Shown here: one piece after another, positions 9,304 through 17,435 of the stretch
Layout of the letters: each line of letters starts with the position of its first letter
Numbering within the stretch: the first letter of the stretch is position 1
Assembly (NCBI GenBank): GCA_964406075.1
Contig: CAYOQI010000004.1
Span: 57,718 to 121,717, forward strand
Length of the DNA stretch: 64,000 bases
Direction of reading: 5' to 3'
From: an uncultured Pseudomonadales bacterium
GTDB lineage: Bacteria > Patescibacteriota > Microgenomatia > UBA1400 > PJMF01
Notes under the pieces: generated by a model
The model's input: only the letters and a program-made list of their open reading frames with translations
Database searches by the model: none
What the model was told of the DNA's origin: nothing
Translations under genes and position numbers: made by a program

Positions 9304-11454
9304 ATGCCCAATACCACTCTGGTCACTCTCGAGCTTCGAACAGCGCGCGATGCCACCCATACGCCAGAGGCTGCTGCGCAACTTTTTGCTTCACTTCCCA
9401 ATCCACCTCATGGTTTTTTCAATCAATTCAAATCAGCCCCCTTATGTACATTTGAAATTTTGAATCAAGGTCAGGTGACGTACTTTTTTCTAACAGTTCC
9501 CGAAGATCTGGTGACATACTTTAAAAGCCAGCTTACTTCTAATTACCCTGAAATTTTAATCAAAAACCTCGAGCATAACCCGTTTGAAGAATTATATTCA
9601 GAACTCCCCAAAGCTTTAGGTGAGCTTCGATTAAGTGCGACAAACTACTTCTCGTTAAAAACGTATCAAGAATTCAAAGATATTGATCCTTTGTCTTCGA
9701 TCCTTTCTACCTTAACCCGAGCCATGGAAGGTGATACAGCATTGATTCAATTTCAACTCCGCAAAGATCGAGAAAGATGGAAAAATCATCCTTGGTCGCT
9801 AGTGCACGATGGTATTAAAAAAGCTGATGGTACTTTCTCACCCCACCCCCAAAAATCAGAAATTGAGGCCAAGATTACTCAAACCACGCTACAAACTGGA
9901 ATTCGTATTTTGATTCAAAGTCAAAATCAAACTCAGGCTGATCAGCTCATGATGAGTCTCACTCAGTCATTCCAAAGTGTTGATTCCCAACACAATCGAC
10001 TAACATTGAAGAAACCCGCTTTTTTTAATCGAAAAAAGTTTATAAAACAAACATTAGAGAGAACTTGGGAGCCTCCCAAACAATTTTTATCGCTGTCTGA
10101 ACTGGCAACGCTATACCATCTCCCCAACGTTCAACTCTCAACTGTCAAAAATATTGCCTGGGGAAAAACATTACTCGGTGAACCGCCTGAAAATTTACCA
10201 TTTTTTGAAGTGATACCAGAAGAACAACGGACCGAAGTCAATCTTTTTGGAACTACAGAATTTAAAAATCAAAAACGTATCTTCGGTATTCGTGAACCTG
10301 ATCTACGTCGTCACATGTATGTGATTGGGAAAAGTGGAACTGGAAAATCAACGTTGCTTGCCAACATGATCATCAATGATTTAAAACATGATAAAGGTGT
10401 TGCAGTCGTCGACCCTCATGGAGATTTGATTGAGACCGTCTTGAATTACATCCCTAAGCGACGTATGAACGATGTCATCTTAATCGATCCCACTGACCCA
10501 CATGCCGTAGTGAAGTTAAATCTGTTTGAAGGTGGAACGATGATTCACCGAGAACTCATTGCTTCAGGTATCGTAGCTATTTTTCAAAAACTCTATGCAA
10601 ATTCTTGGGGACCGAGACTCGAGTATATTTTACGAAATACCCTTTTAACTCTGCTGTCTCAAAATGCCAAATTGGAAGACATCCTGAGGATGCTGACTGA
10701 CAAGCGGTATCGTCAAAGAGTGATTGAAAACATGGATGATATGGTTTTGAAAAATTTCTGGGTGGAAGAATTTGAAAAACTACAGGATAAACAACGCACC
10801 GAAGCCATCTCTCCTATTTTGAATAAAGTTGGCCAGTTTGTGACATCTCCTTTGATTCGAAATGTGGTCAATACTAATCAAAGTTCATTTAGTATCGAAG
10901 ATGCCATGAACAACGGTCAGATCATGTTGATCAACCTATCCCAAGGAAAGTTAGGTGAAGATAATACTGCCTTGCTTGGAGCGATGTTGATTACCAAAAT
11001 TCAATTGGCTGCCATGAATCGTGTCTATATTCCTGAAGAAGAGCGTCGAGATTTTCACCTCTATATCGATGAGTTCCAAAACTTTGCTACCTCTAGTTTT
11101 ATCAAAATTTTATCTGAAGCCCGCAAGTATCGATTGAGTTTAATTTTAGCCAACCAATACATCGATCAAATTCCGGATGAAATTAAGGCTGCTATTTTTG
11201 GAAACGTCGGAAGTATGGCCAGTTTCATTCTAGGAGCTCAAGATGCGGAGTGGATGATGAAAGAATTTGGGAATAAATACACCCAAGAAGATTTGGTTTC
11301 TCTTGGACGTTATCAGATCATCGTCAAGCTCATGATTGATAATCACATGAGCCACCCATTTCCAGCAGAAACACTCGGCCTGGCATCATCATTTAATCAG
11401 AACAAGGAAAAGGTTATTCGTGTATCACGAGAACGCTACGCAAGAAAACGGTAG
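9304..11454 (+). CDS. P-loop NTPase of the FtsK/HerA/TraD-VirD4 (type IV coupling protein-like) superfamily
   Basis: 716 aa with Walker A (IGKSGTGKST), VAVVDPHGDL, and a Walker B-like FHLYIDEFQNF followed by LILANQY. The N-terminal ~330 aa matched nothing I recognise. Confidence 0.8.
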   Translation: MPNTTLVTLELRTARDATHTPEAAAQLFASLPNPPHGFFNQFKSAPLCTFEILNQGQVTYFFLTVPEDLVTYFKSQLTSNYPEILIKNLEHNPFEELYSELPKALGELRLSATNYFSLKTYQEFKDIDPLSSILSTLTRAMEGDTALIQFQLRKDRERWKNHPWSLVHDGIKKADGTFSPHPQKSEIEAKITQTTLQTGIRILIQSQNQTQADQLMMSLTQSFQSVDSQHNRLTLKKPAFFNRKKFIKQTLERTWEPPKQFLSLSELATLYHLPNVQLSTVKNIAWGKTLLGEPPENLPFFEVIPEEQRTEVNLFGTTEFKNQKRIFGIREPDLRRHMYVIGKSGTGKSTLLANMIINDLKHDKGVAVVDPHGDLIETVLNYIPKRRMNDVILIDPTDPHAVVKLNLFEGGTMIHRELIASGIVAIFQKLYANSWGPRLEYILRNTLLTLLSQNAKLEDILRMLTDKRYRQRVIENMDDMVLKNFWVEEFEKLQDKQRTEAISPILNKVGQFVTSPLIRNVVNTNQSSFSIEDAMNNGQIMLINLSQGKLGEDNTALLGAMLITKIQLAAMNRVYIPEEERRDFHLYIDEFQNFATSSFIKILSEARKYRLSLILANQYIDQIPDEIKAAIFGNVGSMASFILGAQDAEWMMKEFGNKYTQEDLVSLGRYQIIVKLMIDNHMSHPFPAETLGLASSFNQNKEKVIRVSRERYARKR

Positions 11455-12564
11455 TTAATTCGGTAGGGGTTCAACTTCTTGGAAACGATATGATTCTCGC
11501 TTGAGTGTATTTACTTGCTGACCAATACCTTCAAAAATCTCCTGCAGATCATTGGCATTCGTGGTTTCATACACTTTTGCAGGATCCGCAATCATTTCTC
11601 CCAATATTTTACTTCCCAACTCAAGCTGGGCTGAATTTAAAAATGATGTATTTCTATAAAATACTCCGAATAATTCATATCCGGCTTCACGCTGGTTTGT
11701 AGCAATCGTAATCGCATTATCTGAACACTCAGTGCCTGCACCCTCAGGGGCATAATTATCTAGTGACGCATAATCAAGTACTTCTCTGCTACACCCAAAA
11801 ATTGTTCCATTCGAACGAACTCCTCGATTCGCGACACCATCTGTAAAAAAGACAATGATATTTTTACGTGGAATAGGTGGTGGATCAGCTTTATCTAATT
11901 CTTCTGATGCTGATAGCATCCCAGCTCCAATATTGGTCAACTGTGTACCTCGTAAAATCTCAACTTCACCCACCCTATTAATAATCGATATTTTATCTGT
12001 ACTTAATTCATGATCAATTCTACCCTCGTTGGCATAACTAATGATGCTGATTCGATCATCTGGACCAAGTTCAATCTCATTTACCATATTTTGAATTGCA
12101 GTTTTTAAGGTATCAATGGTTGAATGCATACTACCTGAACGGTCAATCACAATTGCAATATCTAAAGGTAAATCTGCTGTGGAAGTTTCTTCGGTCACTT
12201 GGTACTGAGCTGTAAAACGCCGCTTGGCATCCCGAAAATTTGATCCGATATCAATATCGTATGTTTCAGATCCAGCATCATAGGTTAAATTTCTGGTAAC
12301 TCTAGTGTCACCAATCATGATTTCATCGGAATATGGATTTTCAGCCGGCCAACCAGGATACGTTCGTAATATTTGAAATGTGTCATACAAACCACCCTCA
12401 ACAGCATAGTACGCTTTTCTGGAATACTGCCCACTCAACGATCGTTCCGATCCAACTCTTGCTAGAAGCAACATACTAAAAAAAGCCAGTTCTAATAACA
12501 ACGCAATCACTAAAACGAGTAGTAGTGTTGACAAGCCTGATTGGTGTGAGAGTTTTTTTTTCAT
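11455..12564 (-). CDS. von Willebrand factor A (vWA) domain protein with an N-terminal hydrophobic, pilin/TadG-like anchor
   Basis: The MIDAS motif DIAIVIDRSGSM (DxSxS) is present, with downstream T (GTQLTNIG) and D (FFTDGVAN). The N-terminus is QSGLSTLLLVLVIALLLELAFF. Its stop codon abuts the stop of the convergent ATPase gene (TAG 11452-11454 / TTA 11455-11457). Confidence 0.8.
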   Translation of the reverse strand: MKKKLSHQSGLSTLLLVLVIALLLELAFFSMLLLARVGSERSLSGQYSRKAYYAVEGGLYDTFQILRTYPGWPAENPYSDEIMIGDTRVTRNLTYDAGSETYDIDIGSNFRDAKRRFTAQYQVTEETSTADLPLDIAIVIDRSGSMHSTIDTLKTAIQNMVNEIELGPDDRISIISYANEGRIDHELSTDKISIINRVGEVEILRGTQLTNIGAGMLSASEELDKADPPPIPRKNIIVFFTDGVANRGVRSNGTIFGCSREVLDYASLDNYAPEGAGTECSDNAITIATNQREAGYELFGVFYRNTSFLNSAQLELGSKILGEMIADPAKVYETTNANDLQEIFEGIGQQVNTLKRESYRFQEVEPLPN

Positions 12565-12576
12565 TTGATTTTAAAT

Positions 12577-13104
12577 CTATAAAACGATCTGGTTCCTCAT
12601 CGAGACCACGATCACTTTTTCAATTCTTTCCGGATTTCCTATCGCCATTTCCAATCCAATCCGAATTCTTAAGAGCGACAAAGTTCCTTCATCTTGAAGA
12701 TTCTCAATATCAAAATCTGTCACTCGAATGTTCGATGACAGTAATGTCTTCTCATTTTTCAAAAGTACTCCGTCTTCTACTCTATAGATCGTCGTAATGA
12801 GGACACCTGGTGTCTCTTCTTTTACTACTTCTAAGCTGTCTTCAACTCCCATGTCTGTCACAATTGCCGACTCCCCCCATTGAATTTCTTGGGTTAAATC
12901 ATTGGCTAAAGAAATCATCGAGCTTTGAATAACTTCTTGCCGATCTCCGGTTCTCTGAGAACGAAAGATGTCTGTCACAATCGCTAAAATGGAAGTTATC
13001 AGCACCACAATAATTAGGAGGAAAATAATCAACTCAAACAAGGTAAACCCCGCCTCAAGATCATGGTTCTTTTTATTGTTAACTGTTAACTGGTCGACTG
13101 ACAT
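12577..13104 (-). CDS. prepilin-type N-terminal cleavage/methylation domain protein (minor pilin / pseudopilin)
   Basis: The class III signal EAG|FTLFELIIFLLIIVVL is present, with Glu at +5. Confidence 0.8.
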   Translation of the reverse strand: MSVDQLTVNNKKNHDLEAGFTLFELIIFLLIIVVLITSILAIVTDIFRSQRTGDRQEVIQSSMISLANDLTQEIQWGESAIVTDMGVEDSLEVVKEETPGVLITTIYRVEDGVLLKNEKTLLSSNIRVTDFDIENLQDEGTLSLLRIRIGLEMAIGNPERIEKVIVVSMRNQIVL

Positions 13105-13634
13105 TATTCTTCCCCTTTCTTAATCACATACATTTCATACTCAACCTCTTGGGGAATACCATTAATATTCCAGCTCACTCGTGTAATAAGTCTTAAAGTA
13201 TCGGGATCATCGATAGCATCACTGACACTTTCATCCACAACTTGAAACGTAACCGGATCTCGAACAATGTTTTGAACAAATATTTCGCGAGTGAATTTAT
13301 CTTCCAACACCTCTGTTCCATTCAGTAACTGTAAAAATGGTGAATACTCAGGGTGATATGGCTCATCAGCATCAAAACTGGTACTAAACAACTCCCAATC
13401 GGTGGTAGAACTTGCCAAGTTGTACGCAATTTCCATCCCCTCTTGAGCATGTAAACCTGCTTCTACTCTTTCCCAAGAAGTACGTTGGGAAGAAAATACA
13501 TGTTGAAAAGAGATTATGAAAAAAACAATTAAAGAGATAAAAATCCCCATAGAAATGACAGCTTCCAGCAAGAGATATCCTTGCTCAGAGTGACGCTTAG
13601 AGTGGTTGTGGTACGGTTGTGTCAAGAACGCCAT
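13104..13634 (-). CDS. prepilin-type pseudopilin
   Basis: The N-terminus SEQG|YLLLEAVISMGIFISLIVFFII has Gly followed by Glu at +5. It overlaps the neighbouring pilin genes at both ends. Confidence 0.7.
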   Translation of the reverse strand: MAFLTQPYHNHSKRHSEQGYLLLEAVISMGIFISLIVFFIISFQHVFSSQRTSWERVEAGLHAQEGMEIAYNLASSTTDWELFSTSFDADEPYHPEYSPFLQLLNGTEVLEDKFTREIFVQNIVRDPVTFQVVDESVSDAIDDPDTLRLITRVSWNINGIPQEVEYEMYVIKKGEE

Positions 13635-14076
13635 AAGAATTTATACGAATCTGAGTGGTAAAACGGTTTGATTGTAGTTCAAGAGTTAAATCACTTCCCG
13701 GTGGATTTGTTTCTTGCGGGGACAATTCTAGTTGCCCCGTCAATTTCCGAAAAAAAACAAGGTCTGCGGTTGAATTTAATTGAATACCATATTGATAAGA
13801 AATTTGTTTATTTTCAGGCAAAAGCAAGTAGAATCCTGGAGAAACGAATGAGATACCATAACTCTCCCCGTTTTGAGCCACACGTGATTTTTGTTGTGCT
13901 TGCTTGAGCTCAGCCACGATTTTGTCGCGTTCCTTGGTCAATCGTTGGCGCTCTAAAGTTCCAAGTAAATATGGGGTGCTCGCACCAACCACCAACGCAA
14001 TAATTGTCATCACCACAATCAACTCCACTAAAGTGAAACCAGATGAATTCTGATGTTGGGCAGAACGAAAAAACAT
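13597..14076 (-). CDS. prepilin-type pseudopilin
   Basis: The N-terminus is NSSG|FTLVELIVVMTIIALVV, a canonical prepilin cleavage and methylation motif. Confidence 0.8.
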   Translation of the reverse strand: MFFRSAQHQNSSGFTLVELIVVMTIIALVVGASTPYLLGTLERQRLTKERDKIVAELKQAQQKSRVAQNGESYGISFVSPGFYLLLPENKQISYQYGIQLNSTADLVFFRKLTGQLELSPQETNPPGSDLTLELQSNRFTTQIRINSYGVLDTTVPQPL

Positions 14077-14122
14077 GTACGTATTTAGTGTACATGAGGA
14101 CTGTGAGGAAGAAAAGAAAGTG

Positions 14123-14189
14123 TGCCCCCACCGGGAACCTGCCTGCCGGCAGGCAGGTCGAAATTTGGATTTAGGGTTTAGGAAATTAG
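14123..14189 (-). other. tRNA-Arg 3'-half-like segment interrupted by a 20-nt palindromic insert
   Basis: The minus strand reads CTAATTTCCTAAACCCTAAATCCAAATTTCGAC[CTGCCTGCCGGCAGGCAGGT]TCCCGGTGGGGGCA. Outside the bracket it aligns with the 3' 44 nt of the adjacent tRNA-Arg (TTTCCTAAACC, TAAATCCA, TTCGAC and TCCCGGT are all shared). Confidence 0.6.
14133..14162 (-). repeat. conserved 30-nt GC-rich palindromic element, copy 1
   Basis: The plus strand reads GGGAACCTGCCTGCCGGCAGGCAGGTCGAA, a 9-bp stem ACCTGCCTG / CAGGCAGGT with a 4-nt loop. It is 29/30 identical to 62367..62396. Confidence 0.85.
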
Positions 14190-14261
14190 TGCCGATACCG
14201 GGAGTCGAACCTGGATTTAAGGTTTAGGAAACCTCCGTTCTATCCATTGAACTATATCGGC
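14190..14261 (-). tRNA. tRNA-Arg (anticodon CCT)
   Basis: Hand-folded cloverleaf: GCCGATA TA GTTC-AATGGAT-A-GAAC G GAGGT TTCCTAA ACCTT ... TTCGACT ... TATCGGC A. The acceptor strands are complementary. There is one A-C mismatch in the T stem and no encoded CCA. Confidence 0.8.
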
Positions 14262-14343
14262 TATGAGTATAAAAAATTGTCATCCATAGGCTGCCTGCCC
14301 GCCTTTGGAGGGATCGCCTTTGGCGGAAACTATGGGAGCAGTG
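14262..14343 (-). other. GC-rich structured spacer between tRNA-Pro and tRNA-Arg that begins with a tRNA-5'-end-like GCTCCCATAG
   Basis: The minus strand reads CACT GCTCCCA TAG TTTCCGCCAAAGGCGATCCCTCCAAAGGCGGGCAGGCAGCCTATGG ATGACAATTTTTTATACTCATA. It contains an outer stem CCATAG/CTATGG, the direct repeat CC(G/T)CCAAAGGCG twice, and a GGCAGGCAG motif shared with the palindromic element. Confidence 0.4.
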
Positions 14344-14415
14344 TCGGGGTGGAGGGAATTGAACCCTCTGCCTCTCGGTCCCGAACCGAGCGCTCTACCG
14401 ATGAGCCACACCCCG
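14344..14415 (-). tRNA. tRNA-Pro (anticodon CGG)
   Basis: Hand-folded: CGGGGTG TG GCTC-ATCGGTA-GAGC G CTCGG TTCGGGA CCGAG AGGCA GAGGG TTCAATT CCCTC CACCCCG A. All stems are perfectly paired. Length is 72 nt with no encoded CCA. Confidence 0.9.
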
Positions 14416-14482
14416 TATAAAAACTCTTACCAATTTCTCCACACAGGTGAAGATAATCCTTAGAATTTTACCACCCTGATCC

Positions 14483-14519
14483 AAAAACGGACGGATGAGT
14501 TCCGCCCGTTTCTTTTTTA
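14483..14519 (-). terminator. rho-independent (bidirectional-looking) terminator downstream of ndk
   Basis: A 10-bp stem AAACGGACGG / CCGCCCGTTT (one mismatch) with loop ATGAGTT. It is flanked by an A5 run on the plus strand (T5 on the minus strand) and by TCTTTTTT on the other side. It lies 13 nt after the ndk stop. Confidence 0.65.
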
Positions 14520-14531
14520 TTTAAAAAAAAG

Positions 14532-14999
14532 TTACTTCTTCATTTCGTAATCAGCGTAAATAACGCACTCCATAGCAGATGAGTAATCAAATAATTCATC
14601 TTTTCCGAAAACGATTTTAATTTCTCGCTCTGCATCTTCAGCAATGGCTGAAGCATGAATAAGATTGAATTGTTGACTCATTCCAAAATCACCTCGAATA
14701 GAACCAGCCTCTGCTTCACGTCCTAACGTCGTTCCAACCAATTTGCGAACAACTGGAACCGCATCAATACCTTGCCATGCCATTGCGACAATTGGCATCT
14801 GCCCCATGAATGATTTTAAATCGCCAAAGAAACTCTTATCTTTGTGCTCGGCATACCAATCAGACAACATCTCATCAGTCATGAGCACCATCTTAATTCC
14901 GACTAACTTGAGGCCTTTTCGTTCAAATCGAGAAATGATCTCTCCGATCAAACCTCGTTGCAAACCATCTGGTTTGACTAATACTGCTGTGCGTTGCAT
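14532..14999 (-). CDS. ndk: nucleoside diphosphate kinase
   Basis: The protein begins MQRTAVLVKPDGLQRGLIGEIISRFERKGLKLVG and contains RGDFG and NLIHAS (active-site His context). The 155-aa length is typical. Confidence 0.9.
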   Translation of the reverse strand: MQRTAVLVKPDGLQRGLIGEIISRFERKGLKLVGIKMVLMTDEMLSDWYAEHKDKSFFGDLKSFMGQMPIVAMAWQGIDAVPVVRKLVGTTLGREAEAGSIRGDFGMSQQFNLIHASAIAEDAEREIKIVFGKDELFDYSSAMECVIYADYEMKK

Positions 15000-15197
15000 A
15001 AAATATCCCTTTCTTTAAAACTTTGTAGATCTGGAAGAATTGTATGATAAAAAGAAAAAAATGCTAGCTTAAAGTCGAATGCTCATTTTTGAGCTCTTAT
15101 AAAATCCTTACTATTAGTATAGTATCCAAAAAAAATCATCTGTACTCATTTGGCTATTACACTAAAACAAATCGTGTTCAACTTATCATAAATTAGT

Positions 15198-15824
15198 ATG
15201 CTGAAAAAAACTCAGATAATTAATCATTTTAAAACTTCTGATCCGATCATTTTCCAGTATTTGAGCACCTTTAATTTTGAAGAAAAAATAAATTCTAGAC
15301 CCGAAGAAACATACTACACTCATCTAGTGGAAAATATCATCGGCCAGCAACTTTCAACCAAAGTGGCTGATATCATCATTAAACGCTTTCAAAACTTGTT
15401 TGAACATGGATCTTTTACCCCACAACAAATAATTACCATAGAAACTGAGACTTTACGAGGCATTGGTATGTCCTACGCCAAGATAAAATATGTCAAAGAC
15501 TTATCCGAGCGTACCAAAGATAATTTGATTCAGTACTCAGATTTTAAAAATATGGTGGATGAAGACGTCATTCTTCAGCTTACCCAAGTCAAAGGAATCG
15601 GTCGGTGGACAGCAGAAATGTTTCTGATGTTTTCGTTGGGACGAGAAAATGTCTTTTCTTACGGCGATGGTGGACTTCGAAGAGCCATGACCAATTTGTA
15701 CGGTTTGGAAAAAAAAGCCGATTTTGAAGAAATTGGTGCTATCGTTGAAACTTGGAGCCCCTACAAAAGTTATGCGTCATTAGCGTTGTGGCATAGTTTA
15801 GATAATGTCTCACGACTAGATTAA
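15198..15824 (+). CDS. HhH-GPD superfamily DNA glycosylase (AlkA-like 3-methyladenine glycosylase II)
   Basis: It has the helix-hairpin-helix LTQVKGIGRWTAEMFLMFSLGRENVFSYGDGGLRRAM, including the catalytic Asp context. Confidence 0.8.
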   Translation: MLKKTQIINHFKTSDPIIFQYLSTFNFEEKINSRPEETYYTHLVENIIGQQLSTKVADIIIKRFQNLFEHGSFTPQQIITIETETLRGIGMSYAKIKYVKDLSERTKDNLIQYSDFKNMVDEDVILQLTQVKGIGRWTAEMFLMFSLGRENVFSYGDGGLRRAMTNLYGLEKKADFEEIGAIVETWSPYKSYASLALWHSLDNVSRLD

Positions 15825-15834
15825 AATCAACTCA

Positions 15835-17127
15835 TTACTTTAATAACTTTTTAAATCTCTCTTCATCTTCAAATGGGCCGATCATGGCAAACCGGACTTC
15901 TCCAGGCTGAACCAGACGTGAGACTATTCTCTCAATATCTTCTGCATTCACTGCTTGTATCTTTGCAATGATCTCATCAAGAGTTCGGATTTTCCCTTCA
16001 AGAAGTAATTTAATCCCGTACGATAAAGCCACATTTTGACTATCTTCCATTCCAAGGATTAAATTCCCCACTGTAAAGTCCTTAGCCCGCTGAATTTCAG
16101 CTTCTTTAATTCGATTTGAACTCTCTAGCAGTTGAGTAAATTGGGATAGTGTTACTTGCACAGCTTCATCTATTCGCTTGGGATCCACGCCTGCAGCAGC
16201 CCCAAAGAAACCTGCTTCAGCATATGAATCAGCTTCACTATGAACGTAGTAACACAGTCCTCGTTTTTCTCGAACTTCCGTAAAGAGACGAGAGCTCATG
16301 TTTCCGCCAAGTGCAGTACTCAAGACTGACAAAGCGTATCTGTCTGGATCCATACGTTTTATGCCTGGAAATCCAATCACAAAATGAGCTTGTTCCGTTT
16401 TCTTATACTCCACCTTTACTCGAGATTCTTGACCAATTGGATTCTTAGTCACATCGAGAGATGCCGGCTTACTTCTTTTCAGTACTTCACCTTTACTAAA
16501 CATCTGGCTCACTTGATCAAGTAAGTCTGCTTTTTCAACTACTTCAGCATCCCCTACCACCATGACTACGATATTGTGCAGACCGTACCATTTATGTAAG
16601 TGATCTTGGAAATTTTGAATGGTCATGGATTTAACAGTTTCTCGAGTTCCAATCACCTCTCTACCAAGTGGAGATCCCGCATAAAACATTTGCTCAAACA
16701 CATCCCCAATATGTCTCATCGGTGTGTCTTCATACATGCTGATTTCTTCCAGAATAACTCCCTTTTCTCTCTCAAGATCATCTACTCGAAGCTTTGGCGT
16801 CAGCAACATATCAGAAACCACATCGAGTGCGACTGAGATATCTTTGCTTGCGGATTTGACGTAGTAGCCGGTATATTCCTTACTGGTAAAAGCGTTGTAC
16901 TCAGCTCCAATCGCATCAACTGTCATCGAGACATCTTGAGCTGTTGGATACTTCTCTGTTCCTTTAAATACCATGTGCTCAAGAAAGTGCGAGATCCCAC
17001 CGAGTTCAGCAGATTCATATCGAGATCCAACTTTGACTAAAGCCAAGACTGTCACACTCTTCACACTCTGGATCGGCACTCGCACGACTTGTAAACCAGA
17101 ATCCAAAACTGTTTTGTTGTATTGCAT
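15835..17127 (-). CDS. M16 family (pitrilysin/insulinase-like) zinc peptidase
   Basis: The inverted zinc motif HFLEHMVFKGT (HxxEH) is present, and the 430-aa two-domain length fits the family. Confidence 0.85.
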   Translation of the reverse strand: MQYNKTVLDSGLQVVRVPIQSVKSVTVLALVKVGSRYESAELGGISHFLEHMVFKGTEKYPTAQDVSMTVDAIGAEYNAFTSKEYTGYYVKSASKDISVALDVVSDMLLTPKLRVDDLEREKGVILEEISMYEDTPMRHIGDVFEQMFYAGSPLGREVIGTRETVKSMTIQNFQDHLHKWYGLHNIVVMVVGDAEVVEKADLLDQVSQMFSKGEVLKRSKPASLDVTKNPIGQESRVKVEYKKTEQAHFVIGFPGIKRMDPDRYALSVLSTALGGNMSSRLFTEVREKRGLCYYVHSEADSYAEAGFFGAAAGVDPKRIDEAVQVTLSQFTQLLESSNRIKEAEIQRAKDFTVGNLILGMEDSQNVALSYGIKLLLEGKIRTLDEIIAKIQAVNAEDIERIVSRLVQPGEVRFAMIGPFEDEERFKKLLK

Positions 17128-17337
17128 ACTGTTCCTCTTTGTCTCACTCGAAGTGAGACAACCTAGTTAGGTAAAAACGGTTATTTATAACTTCACTCTC
17201 CACTTGTTCGCTGAGAAGCGTTTACATCCTAATTCGAATGCATCTCCTAAACAAGCTGGAAACCAATAACACCACCTACTAGCTGTATTAGTCTTATAAC
17301 TTAATTCGAAATACTATATCAAAACATATCATAATAC

Positions 17338-17364
17338 ATCTTAATATAAAGAATGTGATCAAAC
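17338..17364. repeat. 27-bp perfect direct repeat, copy 1
   Basis: ATCTTAATATAAAGAATGTGATCAAAC is identical to 17388..17414. The upstream context ATATCAAAA(C/G)ATATC is also duplicated. Confidence 0.85.
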
Positions 17365-17387
17365 TACCTGTTTATATATCAAAAGAT

Positions 17388-17414
17388 ATCTTAATATAAA
17401 GAATGTGATCAAAC
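17388..17414. repeat. 27-bp perfect direct repeat, copy 2
   Basis: Identical to 17338..17364. It ends 22 nt upstream of the GTG start at 17436. Confidence 0.85.
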
Positions 17415-17435
17415 CGCATCAGCTACAATAGCTGG

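Noticed and set aside
13910-14131. 73-aa minus-strand ORF overlapping the pilin gene start and the tRNA flank.
   Set aside because: It overlaps a well-supported pseudopilin gene in another frame and runs into the tRNA-like element. It has no motifs.
14266-14271. TATACT as a -10 box for tRNA-Arg.
   Set aside because: It ends only 4 nt before the mature 5' end, so a normal start-site distance would begin transcription inside the tRNA. It cannot be supported as a promoter.
17338-17414. The possibility of a CRISPR array.
   Set aside because: There are only two repeat copies, the spacer is partly duplicated context, and the window has no cas genes. It is a simple tandem-like duplication.
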